DNA from: Flaccisagitta enflata
Lineage: Eukaryota
Assembly: GCA_965153355.1 (NCBI GenBank)
Contig: OZ231126.1
Span: 20,460,001 to 20,524,000 of the forward strand
Reading direction: 5' to 3'
Length of the DNA stretch: 64,000 nt
Part shown: positions 1-12,376 of the stretch, piece by piece
How positions within the stretch are numbered: position 1 is the stretch's first letter
How the letters are laid out: each line of letters begins with the position of its first letter
Notes under the pieces: generated by a model
Seen by the model: only the letters and a program-made list of their open reading frames with translations
Database searches by the model: none
What the model was told of the DNA's origin: nothing
Program-made: the position numbers and the translations under genes

Positions 1-515
1 CTGTTAAACTTTCTTAATTTTACATTCTACTTTTCCGTTATGTTGTGTTTTCAACTTTTTCGAAGCATATCAGATGTATTGGACAACGGAATCCCTCAGC
101 CACTTCTTACCACCTCAATGCGGTTTTGTGGAAAGTTGCATCCACGCTCGGCTCTAATGCGACGTGGGATGGCCCGCAATAGATGAGGGCATAGTCAAGT
201 CAATGGGTGTCCAATCTCGCGTATCTGCCTGTTTGAAGCTCAAAGTGAGATAATTCAACGTCGGGACGTCGCGACGTCCCGACGCGTTGATAACCACTTC
301 GTTCCGGTTGAGCACCATCGTCGACGTCAAGGCGCGACATGTTTCTCCCGTATCAGTCCGACCTCTTTGAAGATACAAAATGTAAAAATAAAAAGCGTTG
401 AGGTGGTAAGAAGTGGCTGAGGGATTCTGTTGTCCAATACATCTGATATTCTGCGAAAAAGTTGAAAACACAACATAATGGTAAAGTAGAATGTAAAATA
501 AAGAAAGTTTAACAG
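1..515. repeat. Inverted repeat, ~120-bp arms (1-121 vs ~395-515), may extend left of the window
   Basis: Reverse complement of ~395-515 (ctgttaaactttctttattttacattctac...gaatccctcagccacttcttaccacctcaac) matches 1-121 with a few substitutions. Confidence 0.85.
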
Positions 516-1798
516 TTACAGAAATAACGGGAATGTCACCAGAATATTTTTTGACCGGCAGTAAAGATATAAATTTGTAAAACAGAGCTGTCACGGTTAT
601 GGAAAACGAGAACAATCTGAGAAATTTGATGTAAACGCCAACATGGGCCAGTCATGGATCTTTTGAGAAACTGAGCCTTTGTTTCTTTGTAAGCGGGATT
701 TGTCAGCCAAAAAAATGTTAAGTAGGCTTAGCACAGATAAGGTGGTAAAACATGGATACGCTACAGTTCTGGTTTAACACCTATTGATATCTTTGGAACT
801 TTTTTTACTCTTTTCACTCCTGCTTGTTTGAATTTTTCTATTTTAAAAAGCACACCCAACAGTCATTGTTGATCAGTTTTAACACCCTGTTATATCTTTT
901 GAACTGAGCTGTACCTTTGGTGTTATTTATTTCTTGTCCAACGTGACCGCGATATCGGACGCTAGATATCTAGACTGCGTGGTTTCTCGATGCCTAGACT
1001 GACTATGCTCCTTCTTGACGAGCGGATTCATAGCAATATAACGTACGTGGTCGTTGATATTTGGTTGAATCGCTTACAAGTTCTATTTAAAAAAGAGAAA
1101 AGGGAAATGATGGATTTGATAGGAAAAGGGGAGCGAAAAGAGAGGAAAAAAGATGGAGGGGAAAAGCTGGGCAAGAAGATAAGAAGGAGAAAAATGTGAT
1201 GAAACTTGATCCAGTATAACAGATACCACTGTAACTTACTTTTTGGAGCGCTGTATAATTGGTTTGTTGTAATACAGTGGAAATCCCATGAAACGAAACA
1301 AGGAGATGCGGAGGAAGCAATGTGTACACAATTTTTTTTATTTCACATGAATTCTTTACACTGTGCAAAGGAGAAAATGAGAAAAGGTTAAAAGGAGAAA
1401 AAGTAGGCCACGGACAGACCAACCGCTGGAAGGACGAGCATTTGTGTGAAAAGAGTATTTTTGTTAATTAATGCGGGGCAGGCAGAAAATAAACAGTGTG
1501 CGCGCAGATGGCTTATAACGGAAAAAGAGAGAAATTGAATCGAGCGAGGCGTGATAAAAGTTCTGAGTTTGTTGGAAGAGAGTTTGTAATTGGTCGGATT
1601 TGAGGATTAAGCGCGAGAGATAATCGTGACGATAAGAGCAATCGTGCCAGCGTTTGACACTTCGGCATTCCTTTATTTTAAGTACAAGATTGGTTTGTTG
1701 AACATGTTCGTTTTGGACCCAGGCCGTTGTTCGTGGACCTTTTACAACATCGTTTTTGGTTCTGCTGTTTCCCTGGTTGGTGTGGACCCTAGGAAATC

Positions 1799-3067
1799 AT
1801 GTCTACCTCAGTCAGTCCTGGATCAGGTACTGTATTTTTTTTCGTCAGGGTATCTGCGTTTTTTTTTTTTTTTTTTATTTAAAGGGTTGGGGGTGGGGTT
1901 GGCCTGACTGTGCGCATTGCACTGTCATTCTCATGTTTTGGTATCCATATTTAGGTATCTTTTTAGAAACACAATATCTCTCCTTCAATTTCTTCTAGAT
2001 CCCATTTCGTCTTCTTCCTCGTCAAGTGGTTCAAGTCATGAATCTGTTGTCGTGAATGGAATCACTGTTCCACTGCTGAAATCAGTTTTGGGTGAACCTG
2101 GACGCTCTATCGAGATAAACAATGACGCTTGTCTTCGATACCTTTTGGTTAGTTGTGGTCTTCATTTTGATTTATGTAAATCTTCTTTGTTAATAACCTA
2201 TTCTAGTGACCTTTTCTTTCGGGGAACACCCAAAAAGGGGTGAAATATATATTGGAGTCATCTCCTCTCAGGCTCAAATGCAAAACGTGCGTATCATGGG
2301 TGAGGATCCATCCTCTCCGGAGTCTTCATATGCCTTGCGCTTCATTCCGGGACCAAGGAGCTCAGTGACGCTTGAAGTGGAACCTCCGGCCAACGTTCCA
2401 GAAAACGGCGTCTCGGTCAATTTCATCGAACGTTTCACCCCTGAGGAAGCTCGCTTGTGGCAAGTTAATGCAAGTAAGTTTCTTCGGTTATTGTTTCCTT
2501 GTTGTTTGTAAAATGAGACCCTATTTGTTAACATGTGTTTCTCAACAAATTGCAGCTCAACATTACAATCCCTTATGCTGGGAATACCTCACCGATCCGA
2601 CGAAATGCTGCTTGCGCCGATCTGACTTGCCAGCGGGGATGCGTGTTCCTATCTGGACTGCATTTCAAAGCCACCCGCCCGAGGATAGGTCAGTCTTCGT
2701 ACATTGTAATCCTTAATATTTCTGCATAACCTTGAACGATGTCATTCTTTTGAAAAAAAAAAAGAATTGTCATTTTATGGCATTTTTCTTATCCAGTCCA
2801 ATCCTCTTGGATCCGGAGACGAACAAATGCCTCGCTGTCTGGAGTGCCACTTATCGCAAACCTTTCTTCTTCGCACTTGGATTCTTAAGGGTGGAAAATG
2901 GTTGTCCGATATTTGAAGTTGAAGTTGACAAAAATACCATCGTCCTCACCACCGTTTTCAAGGCTGTTAATGTCGAATTAAATCTTGCCGTCAACGACCA
3001 CTCGCACTTTGAACACCAGAATTGTGACTGTCACCGCCTTGTTAGTCACTCGCTTCATCTTGTTTAG
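1799..3067 (+). CDS. Predicted 5-exon gene, ~260-aa protein of unknown family
   Basis: Exons 1799-1826, 1999-2147, 2272-2473, 2556-2688, 2797-3067. All introns are GT-AG with compatible phases (1,0,1,2); the total of 783 nt is open through to TAG. No recognisable domain. Confidence 0.7.
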
Positions 3068-3719
3068 TGGAACCTGTTAGGCGCTATAATTGTAACTTGT
3101 CGTATCCTTCACCCTAAAATATGTCGTATGAATCGTTCTCATTTTCAATGAATGTTTTGGCCATAAGCCCTAACTTACAAAAGTTTGGACAAAATGGTGG
3201 GTTTATATGCCTGATCAAGATTTAGATTTCAAAAGTGTTTCCTTTTGTATATGCTTTCTGTACCAACGTTGCTTTTTTCGCTGTTTATTGATCCCCAGCG
3301 ATTTCCTATTCAAGATCAATACTTATCTGGTAGCTAATGTCTGGTACCGAGTTTAGATTTATTATCTTTAATCAATCAATCAATCAATTAAAAAAAAAAT
3401 TTTTAATTGATTATTTCCTGCTCACTCTGCCATTTTTTTTTCATGCAGTTTTTTAAATATACAGGCAGTGAGATCCTAGAAATCAAGAAAAAGCGCCAAT
3501 GTCTCTTTCGGAATCCCCACATGATTGGGAGGTGAGTGATAGTTGTATGTAGGGGGAATGTGTGAATGTACCTCCTTTGTCCCTTAAAAATAAGGAGAAT
3601 TGTATCGCTGTGCCACAAAAACCAATGGTTATCTCCTTCATAAGGGTGATTGGGTTTTGGATCCCATCTTCCTCTTCCTCACCAAGTACAAAAGGAAGGT
3701 GGTCCTAGCACCCTCATCG

Positions 3720-4511
3720 ATGTCCTGCCCTTGCTGCGACGGCGATGTATGCGAAACGGATCTCATCTCTCCATCCCCGCTGTCGTCATGGAGGCAATGG
3801 TACGACCACACTAGCCTGGATCAACGTTTCGAGATTTCCTTAGCCATCGAAGATTACGTAAAACGTCCCGTCGATGTATCCCCCGATGAAGTGGACGCCC
3901 TTGATTACGACGGTGATGCCGACACAGACTGTTTTACAGATTCCTACTTCGGCATGGATTCTCCCTTCATAGCGACAGGGCTTCCGATTGGGTTGTCCGA
4001 CACGGCTTCCGACTGGGATTCCGAGTACGCCGTGGCGGAAAACGTTTATATTTCGCCGCTTGCGGAGTGGAGGCGATGGTACGACAACTTGAGTATCGAA
4101 GGTCGGAACAAAACGGCGCTTTTCATCAAAGATTACCTCAACGATGACATCGTTTCCGACACGGATTCCGAGACCGATTTAGAGACGGAGGCCAAGAGGG
4201 ATTCCTACAAGGTCCCATTTGGCGGTTCTGATACGGAAGCAATTGGTTTTTCTCCACATGATGGCAGTCAGCGTATGGCCAAAGAGGAGGATGAAGATCT
4301 GCTCATGCGTGAATGGTTTGAGAGGATTGGGGTGGAGATGACCAAAGAAATGAGTGTTCTTGATGAGAATGACTCTTGGTTACTCGGTGGTCCAGTTTCT
4401 GCGTCAGAAGGTGAAGAGTCTGATGACGAAAGTCAATTTGACGACGCTGACGACCATGGGTACGATGACCGTACAAGCGATGATGAGAGGGGTTTTTTCC
4501 AGGATCTGTAG
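3720..4511 (+). CDS. Intronless acidic protein (~263 aa) with a twice-repeated SPLxxWRxWYD motif
   Basis: First ATG of ORF 3600-4511 is at 3720. Repeats are SPLSSWRQWYDHTSLDQR...IEDY and SPLAEWRRWYDNLSIEGR...IKDY. Very D/E-rich and more GC-rich than its flanks. Confidence 0.65.
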   Translation: MSCPCCDGDVCETDLISPSPLSSWRQWYDHTSLDQRFEISLAIEDYVKRPVDVSPDEVDALDYDGDADTDCFTDSYFGMDSPFIATGLPIGLSDTASDWDSEYAVAENVYISPLAEWRRWYDNLSIEGRNKTALFIKDYLNDDIVSDTDSETDLETEAKRDSYKVPFGGSDTEAIGFSPHDGSQRMAKEEDEDLLMREWFERIGVEMTKEMSVLDENDSWLLGGPVSASEGEESDDESQFDDADDHGYDDRTSDDERGFFQDL

Positions 4512-5111
4512 AGCCTCACTACTTATTAGAATTACACGCTCTTTATTAAAGTATGTAATTGTAGATATCCTTCTTTGTCAAAGTTTTTTCCAGCTTTTGT
4601 TAGTGGTTTCTCTTCGACATTTTTCTTTCCTGTTTAGCTGATTATGTTCATAAATGTTGAAGGAAGTGTTTTACTTTCTCACATTATACAGTTACAGTGA
4701 ATGTTGTGTAAAAAAGGAAGTTTTGGGTTAATCATTAAAGGAAGACATCTAACTTAAAGTGTTTCATATATGTGAAAAAGAAAAAAAAAGGGCTTATTGT
4801 TCCAATGGGTGTTTTGATTGTTGTGGTAAAAATGTTCCCTCCATAAATAAAAAAGTAAAAAGAGAACTTTGCTTACATTTAAAAAAAAAAAAATTATTTT
4901 GTCATCCTGTAATGAACTCCCTAGATTTCCATTTTTAAATATCATTTACCGTACTGGGTTCTCTTTTCTTACAAGATAGTTTCGGTCGTTCCGCCTTTCT
5001 TTTTGCAGTCCTGCCTTGTTATACCCGCCTTGTTGGTTACCTTTGCAGGTGCAATTAAAAAGCTCTTTTAATGAACACGTCAAATTCATCATAGTCATAA
5101 AATCAAAAAAG

Positions 5112-6351
5112 ATGGCTCACGTTGGGAATCTGGCAAATCAGGAGTCTTCCATGAAAATAGAAGTAGAATATGAAAGTTTCTCGTCCCAGTCATCACTTAG
5201 TGTGGTCACCACCCCTCCACGTTCGCCCTCGAATCAAGGATCGCCATCGCCGTTGAATGAAGCATCCTCCAATGCTTCATCGATCGACTACGATCCAAAG
5301 GTCGATGTGGAACTCCAGCAAGCGTTTCCGGCCAACCCTCGTCCAATCTTGGGAAAAATCTTTCATTCACCGAATCCCTCCCATGGGCCAAAGAACAACC
5401 CAGTCCGGCGTCAAATTTCCTTCAACTCCTCTCCGGAGCCGGATCCTCCGGGAACCGAGTCTCGTATTTCCCCGTTCACTCGTCGCAAGGTTGAGCAGGT
5501 CCTCGAGCAGTACCAACCTCCCCGCTCGTCTATGGAACCGCTCCCGCCTCGATTGATTCCGGGTTGCCCTCCTCCCGGGCTCTTTCTGGGCGCTCCACGT
5601 CAGATTCCTCCCCTGCGCGTATTTAATGCGCGTACTGGGTGTATTCAGGTATACAAAAAGTAATATCAATGGTGAAAGTCAACATTCATTACTCCCTTTA
5701 GGTTCCCACTATTTTTTCGCTGTTTCCAATTCCTTTTCACCTCATGCTCATCTCCTTTTCACCTCATGTTCACCTCCAGGACTACGGAAGGAAGGCTTTG
5801 TACAAAGAACCGGTCATTTCGCCTCCCATTGGTCGAAGTTGTTTGAAGGGTTCGCGTAAAATGGCTCCTGGCGATGTGCCAAACAAGGTGAATCAACAAG
5901 ATTTCTCAATTGGAGTAAGTTAAAAAAAAGGATTTTTCCTTTTTGCTGTGAAACAAAGTGTCTCTTCTTGTTGATGTGCAACTTGCACGTCACAACTAGT
6001 TATCCGGTCCCTGTCCTTTCTTTTTTATCCTCACAGTCACCCGGGATAAAAAACGAAATTCACACGTCCCCTTTGCCATGCGAGAAAAAGGTGTTTGGTG
6101 TACGGGTTCCCACAGAATCTGTTGGGGGCCCTTCTGCCAAGTGCCCGGTCGACGCCTCGATCGCCTGTGAGCAGTCGCCTCCCAAGCGCGAAGGCGAGCG
6201 TGGTCACGGTTCTGCCTTTTCTGCGTTGCGAGAGACGTTGGAGGCGACATCAACCTGGGAGTTACAACTCGGTCGTCAACGCTTTTCTTTCCAAACCACA
6301 GATGACAAACGTCGTTTCGCGCAAATTCTTAACGATTTAGTGCGTGAATGA
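5112..6351 (+). CDS. Predicted 3-exon Pro/Ser-rich protein (~328 aa), unknown family
   Basis: Exons 5112-5648, 5780-5914, 6037-6351. Both introns are GT-AG phase 0 and the joined frame is open to TGA. Confidence 0.65.
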
Positions 6352-7054
6352 ACAGTAGAATTATTTGCTCTACGTATGAAAAACTTTAGTTTTTAAAGCA
6401 TGTCTCTTTACGTACTGCTTTGTTTACCATGAAGAAATGGTATTTCATTTTACGTTTTTCCTGATTTGGTCTCCATCGGCGAATTGACTTTTATGTTTTT
6501 AGTTGATTTTAAAAAAAAAATTTTTTTAACAGTTACAGTGGTACCTCAAAGTTGTTAACCTCCAGAGGTAATTTTCACATCTCAAAGTGATATTTTTGTT
6601 TTGGATTCGTAGTACGACATAAAAAGGGAGACATCCCAACTTTTGTTTACCCATGCTCCGCGGCTGCTTTCCAAATAAGGGTGTAAGGAATGTGAATACG
6701 AATCTTTCTGGTAAAAGGTTAAAAAAAGAATTATTAAAGTTAAAGAAAAACCCCCCCATAAATTTTTTTTTTTTTTTGGGTATATATTTTATGTAACTCC
6801 AAATAGTTGTTAAAAATACTACCGAAAATAAAACCCAAAATTGTATCCCATTGGAATGAGATACAATGTAAGAAATCCAATATCTACGTGGCAGGTTTTG
6901 TAATTGGCATCTCTCCCTTTTTGTCTTGATTTTAGCCAATAACTGTTTTCACATCAATCCAGCTCTTTTCTGTTAATTAAGATATTTGATATTTGATATA
7001 CAAACTGTTAACTGTTCACTCTATAAATAGAAAGGCCAGGAACCCAATCATAAT

Positions 7055-8031
7055 ATGGGTACCACTTCACCATGTCTTCAACCTGGCCTGTGCACCACTC
7101 GTGACAACCGCTCACCCACATCCAATGATTTATGGTATCGTCTTGGAAAGATCCAAGCACAGCTAATGCAGGATTATCCAGCGGATAAAATATCAATAAA
7201 GGCAGGAGTTTTTGTCGCCGAAACACTGGAAGGGAGGCTTCTTTATCGGTATACCAATTCAAGGGAACATCTCACCAACAACATTCTACCCGTCGCTCTG
7301 CCTTGTAATTATCCTGAGCCACCGGAATATGCTGATTTTTTGGGTGCTCATGCCATACCATCCAGTTTCAACTATCATCCTTTTATGGAAGTCTCAATCA
7401 TCCTAAGTCAACTTGGTGCAGCCCCATTTCACCATGGCAATCAAGATCGTATCAATCACATCACCACTGGGACCTTTATAGGCAAGAACCATTTTTTTTT
7501 TTCCTTGTCAAGTCGCGTGTGGGTGGGCAGTATGTCAGCAGCAGTATGTTAGGAAAAAATGTGCATGTCCATACATAAGGGAAGCTTCATCAACAGAAAG
7601 ACAATCTTAACCCCCCCCCCCAAAAAAAGGGGCAAATAAAAGGTTACCCCAGTCGCGTGTTGGTGGGGATGGGCAGTGATGACTAACAGAACGATTGTGC
7701 AGGAGCAGTGACCCTGAAACAGGCTTTCAATAAAAAATGTAATTTTAGGACGTACATATAATTAAAGAGACTGACTGAAATACATACACGGCTGGGACGG
7801 TTGGAGTCTTTTACACTTGAAAAATGTTTGGCCATTTGTGACCTATATCCCCTAAAATTGTTTGCTGCAGGCTTAAATTATGACGACGTGGTACTTTTTC
7901 GACGGACCATGGATTATGAAAACCCTCGTATCGTGATAATAAATAACCATGATGTCAATGGTGAAGAAATGGATGTAGATAATGAGGTATTGTCAACTCA
8001 TTACCCAGATTTTTCGGGACTCTTGGTTTGA
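7055..8031 (+). CDS. Possible two-exon hypothetical gene, uncertain junction
   Basis: ORF 7055-7552 follows TATAAATA at ~7023; a second protein-like segment runs ~7762-8031. Joining them via the possible GC donor at ~7482 and AG acceptor at 7748 needs a 1-nt indel. Confidence 0.35.
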
Positions 8032-8276
8032 TATGATGAAGTTACGTGATGAGGTTACGTGATGAGGTTATGTGGTCGAAACAAACTGATGATACTTGTG
8101 GTTGTAACAAACTTTGGATCAGCGATATGTGATCATTGAACATTGATATGTGATACCGTTAGCTTATCTGTGTTATATTCAACAAAAGATTTTATTTCCC
8201 CCCCCCCACAATAAAATCTACATTCTTGCATAAACCAGATTTCTCTGAATCTCTTTCTCTGTTACAAACTTTACCT

Positions 8277-8590
8277 TTTTGGGCAGCGGCCCCAAAGGGC
8301 CTCAAAAGACCTCAAATCTGCCTTTCAAACCTCAAATCAGCCCCCAAAGCCCTTAGACAGCTCTCGAGGCCTCAAATCTGCCCTATAGGCTACTAGCCTG
8401 CCCCCAGATCTCAAATTTGCCCTCCAGAGCTTAAATCTGCCCCAAGGACGTCTGGAAATTCCCCCCTGTGTCCTCAAGACATCGTCCCCTTGAGGCTGCT
8501 GCCCTGCTCTCACTCCACAACTTCACTTGATCACTCCAAGCAGGGCATTGGCAACCGCTGACCATGTGCGATCCTTGGATGACTACTATT
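8277..8590 (+). mobile_element. Degenerate copy of the GGGCAGCGGCCCC inverted-repeat / 21-bp minisatellite element family
   Basis: ttttgggcagcggcccaaaggg start, ctcaaatctgccc repeats, and the same tail (gctgaccatgtgcgatccttggatgact) as the copy at 63051-63953. Confidence 0.75.
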
Positions 8591-9027
8591 TGTAATTCTC
8601 TGCCTTTGCTTCCTCCCATCCACCAATCCATTTCTTTCCTTTTCATCCTTCCCTCCACATATCAATGAGAATAGTTCACTGACCTCCGAAGGTTTTGATT
8701 TCAGGTTCTTCAAACGAGGTAACGATGCCAACTACCGTCATTGTCTTATTTGTGATGTTCTGTAATATGAAATTTGAAGTTGACAAGACATACTGTATTT
8801 AGAATAAAATTTAGTCACACAAATCTCATTACATCTTCAAAAGGGCAGAAAAAGCTACTATTCTAAACGATATGGACTTTCTCCACACAAGTTTTAAGTA
8901 CAATAAACAACTACATACGAGGTATTGCTGGCTACGTGCGATCGTTTAAAAAGAAATGTACAAGTACAAGTAACTGTGGCATACTGATAGGTAGGTGATG
9001 GTGGGGTAAAATGGGTCACCTAGCGTA

Positions 9028-9626
9028 CAGTGTGAACATTGTCAAATGCAAAAAAAGTATCAAGCTTTTACTCCTAGATGCTTCATTCATAACCTGGAAT
9101 CACTTTTTTCTTAAAGTACTATGTTTGACATTTTTTGTATCAAAATTTCATGGGTCTAAGTTGGATACTTTGTCCACAACATTAAATTGAAGTAATAGAG
9201 GTATTTCTAGAAGAAGCTCATTTTTAGCTCAAAATCTTCTTCTTTAAACAGGAAAGTTTTTTTTTATTTGCTCTCATTTGAAGACGATTTGAGCTATAAA
9301 TGCCAGATTGGTCTCAAATGGAAGATAATTTGACACTCTTCCATTCAAGACCGAGTTAGCATCTGTGGTTTAAGTCATTATAATATCAGAACAATTCCAA
9401 AAGAAACTGCCAAGATGAAAAAAATCAGTTATCAAGCTCAAGCTGTAAATATTCATTTTACTTCAAATTGATGTTATGGAAAAACTATTCAACTCAGATC
9501 CATGAAATTTTGACACAAAAAACGTCAAGCATAGTACTATAAGAGAAAAATGATTCCAGGTCATGAAGATGAAGTATCTAGGAGCAAAAGCTTAATACTT
9601 TTTTGCATTTGACAATGTTCACCCTG
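9028..9626. mobile_element. Tc1/mariner-type MITE
   Basis: TA|CAGTGTGAACATTGTCAAATGCAAAAA ... TTTTTGCATTTGACAATGTTCACCCTG|TA. Long imperfect TIRs, TA on both sides. Confidence 0.85.
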
Positions 9627-9782
9627 TAAATGGGTCACCAACTCTATTCAGCCCTGGTATTAGATTCAGCGCAATTTCTGTTTTCATCCAAAACTTGACA
9701 CTAAACCTTCCGTATTTAACGAAATTGCCAACATTTTCCTCAGATTTTTCGAAAAAAGTGGGTGGCCCATTTTACCCCCACT

Positions 9783-9930
9783 CAGGGTGGCAGAAATAGG
9801 GGAACGCCGGGAACGTCGTTCCTCGGACCTATAGATCAAGAGTCGGACTAATAGATTTGAGGGAGGAAAAAAAAAGGAGGAAAAAGGGGGGGGGGAAAGG
9901 AGGAAAAAGAAAAAAGAGAAGAGAGAAGAG

Positions 9931-10000
<70 letters not shown>

Positions 10001-10489
10001 GAGAAAGAGAAAGAGAAAAAGAAAGGACCCAAGGGTGAAGGTGACTTTTGTCTTTTACTATGCCAGTTGTGTTCAGTCAACTGTTGTCTGGTCTTTTATT
10101 TTTGAGGCTAAATCATCTGATTTTTGATTTTGAATTCAATTATATGGAAATGACAGGGCCCTCCTTTTTTTTTCTCGAGTCGACATCAATTTATTGAATG
10201 AAATATTATTGAATGAAATGACTTAAAATTCAAATAGATTTATCCAAATGAAAGGGCTTAATGTATCCACGTTTTTTTCTTGTTGTATTTTTATGTTTTA
10301 GTTATGTTTTATCTACTAACTTCACCTACTTAACACTATCAAACCCCTTGTTGTCTTTGTATTGCTTCTCCACAGGTAAGAGTGAAAAAAAATAATGGTA
10401 TTTGATTATTTAAGAGAAATTTCAAAAGTCGGACTTATAGCATTGGAAAAAAAGCGTGCCTCGGACCTAGACATTTTTCTGCCACCCTG
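9783..10489. mobile_element. Non-autonomous hAT-type element
   Basis: TIRs CAGGGTGGCAGAAA / TTTCTGCCACCCTG; perfect 8-bp target-site duplication CCCCCACT (9775-9782, 10490-10497); internal (AAAG)n tract. Confidence 0.9.
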
Positions 10490-12376
10490 CCCCCACTCTA
10501 CCCTCTAACACCTCTCACAAAATTGGGCGAACTGGGATCAGAACTTATTCATTAATGTGTTTTAAAGTCCAAAACAGGAGTCCAGGTTAATTGTAATTCT
10601 AAAACATGTTATTCCCATGGGAATTCTCCAAAAAAACTTCAAATCTTGTCAACCAATAGCTTTAAAAAGCCTCATCAAATGATATCATGTAAAGTTTTGC
10701 TTTGGTTTAGATTTAAATTTGTTGCTAAAACCATCTTATTTGACAAGGGGTTTTGATATTTTTTGCAGCTGTCACTGACTGTCTTGGTACTGCTGACTCA
10801 TTTTTTGTCTGATAGTGATACAAGACCTTGAGAATTGATGTTTTCTGGCCTTTTTCATGGTATATTCCAAGGAGGTTTATGTTGTCTCACTATCAAAAAT
10901 TTCCTTGTCAAAATCCGTCAAAATCTTTGAATGGATTTTTGGCATAACACATTCTGAGAGCCACGCACTTTCCTGAGTACGCAATTTTGCCCCATTTTGC
11001 AAAAATACTATATTTTGGCTCCCTCTGTGTCGAATTATAGCCCAGTGAATGCATTATTTCTAACAATTTTGGTAATTTTGCCAGTTCGTTTAATTTTGTG
11101 AGAGGTAATACTTAGAATGGTCGTGTATTTATCAAGAAGAGGTTCTTTGAAACAATTAACCATGGCCAAATAAAAAATTAGACGCTCAATTCTTATCAAT
11201 TAATTGAAAACCACTAACACTTTTTACTTAAAATCCATGAGCGTTTTGAAGAGCTTCAAAAACTCTAGAGATCTAGACCAAGCAGAAATTTGTAGCTAAA
11301 GTCGTTTAGAAATGACATAAGATTGAAGTTCAGCACTCAATTTCCAAACTGCCAAAAAAACATTTTTCAGTATCTTTCAAAAAGGCATATTTTAAGGTAA
11401 TCATTATGTATAATGATGAAATAAAGTAAATGGTATGAAATTCTAAGAGAAAATGAAGTATTTTGAATTCTCTACAAGATGAAACCATGCAGAACTCATG
11501 ATTCCACTTCGTTTAAAAGCTGTATAAGTTCAAAGTTGGTTACTCTAAAATAATAAAAACCAGATTCAAGATTTTTGAATAGTTATCTTTAAAACATAAC
11601 TTCTAAAGTTTTGATGCTAGAATGTTAAGAAAGAGCTCAAATGAAAGATTTTTTGAAGTTCTTTAAAACCATCATGGATTTAAAAGGTTTAACATTTTTA
11701 GTTTTGTAGCAATCAATGATCAAAAAATTGCGTCTAGTTTTTTTTTTGGCCATGGTTAAAACTTTTTTCAAATAACTCATCGCAAACCGATCCACATTTT
11801 GTTCCATGCTACAATGAAAAATAACCATGATAATCCTTAATGGTTTTTTTTTTTTTGTTATTGGCATTGCTTCTTTTTCTCATCAACCTTTTCATCCCGT
11901 TGCAACTTTTTTTTCCAACAGCGTTGTTTATCTTTATTTGCGTAACACATTGTCACATCTCCTTGTTTATGCATTGCCGCAGTCGAATATTCATTTCCTC
12001 ACCCAACGCTAACTTTCTTGTTGACGGATAAACAAGTTTCAACTGAGTCCCTCCTGCCATATTCCCAGCTCCCCAAAGGTCATTCATTGCATAGTGATCT
12101 TGTAGTAACTTAACTATTTTGACTTAAGATGCGTTGTTTCAGTTTTCTTGATGCAATGGTTACTGCCATAACCACTTCGTAACTAGGCCGCTGTCCTTGA
12201 TTGTTGTTGCGAGTTTTCCATAGATTAAAGAAAACTTTTTGGCAGAATTAACTTGTAATGCGAGCTGCATCAATGATACAAAAGAGCTAACTCCACTAAG
12301 CGCACATCCTGATCTATAATTCAAGTGTACAGGATATAGCGCAATTTGTTCAACGGTAGCCCCTCAAAATACGATA

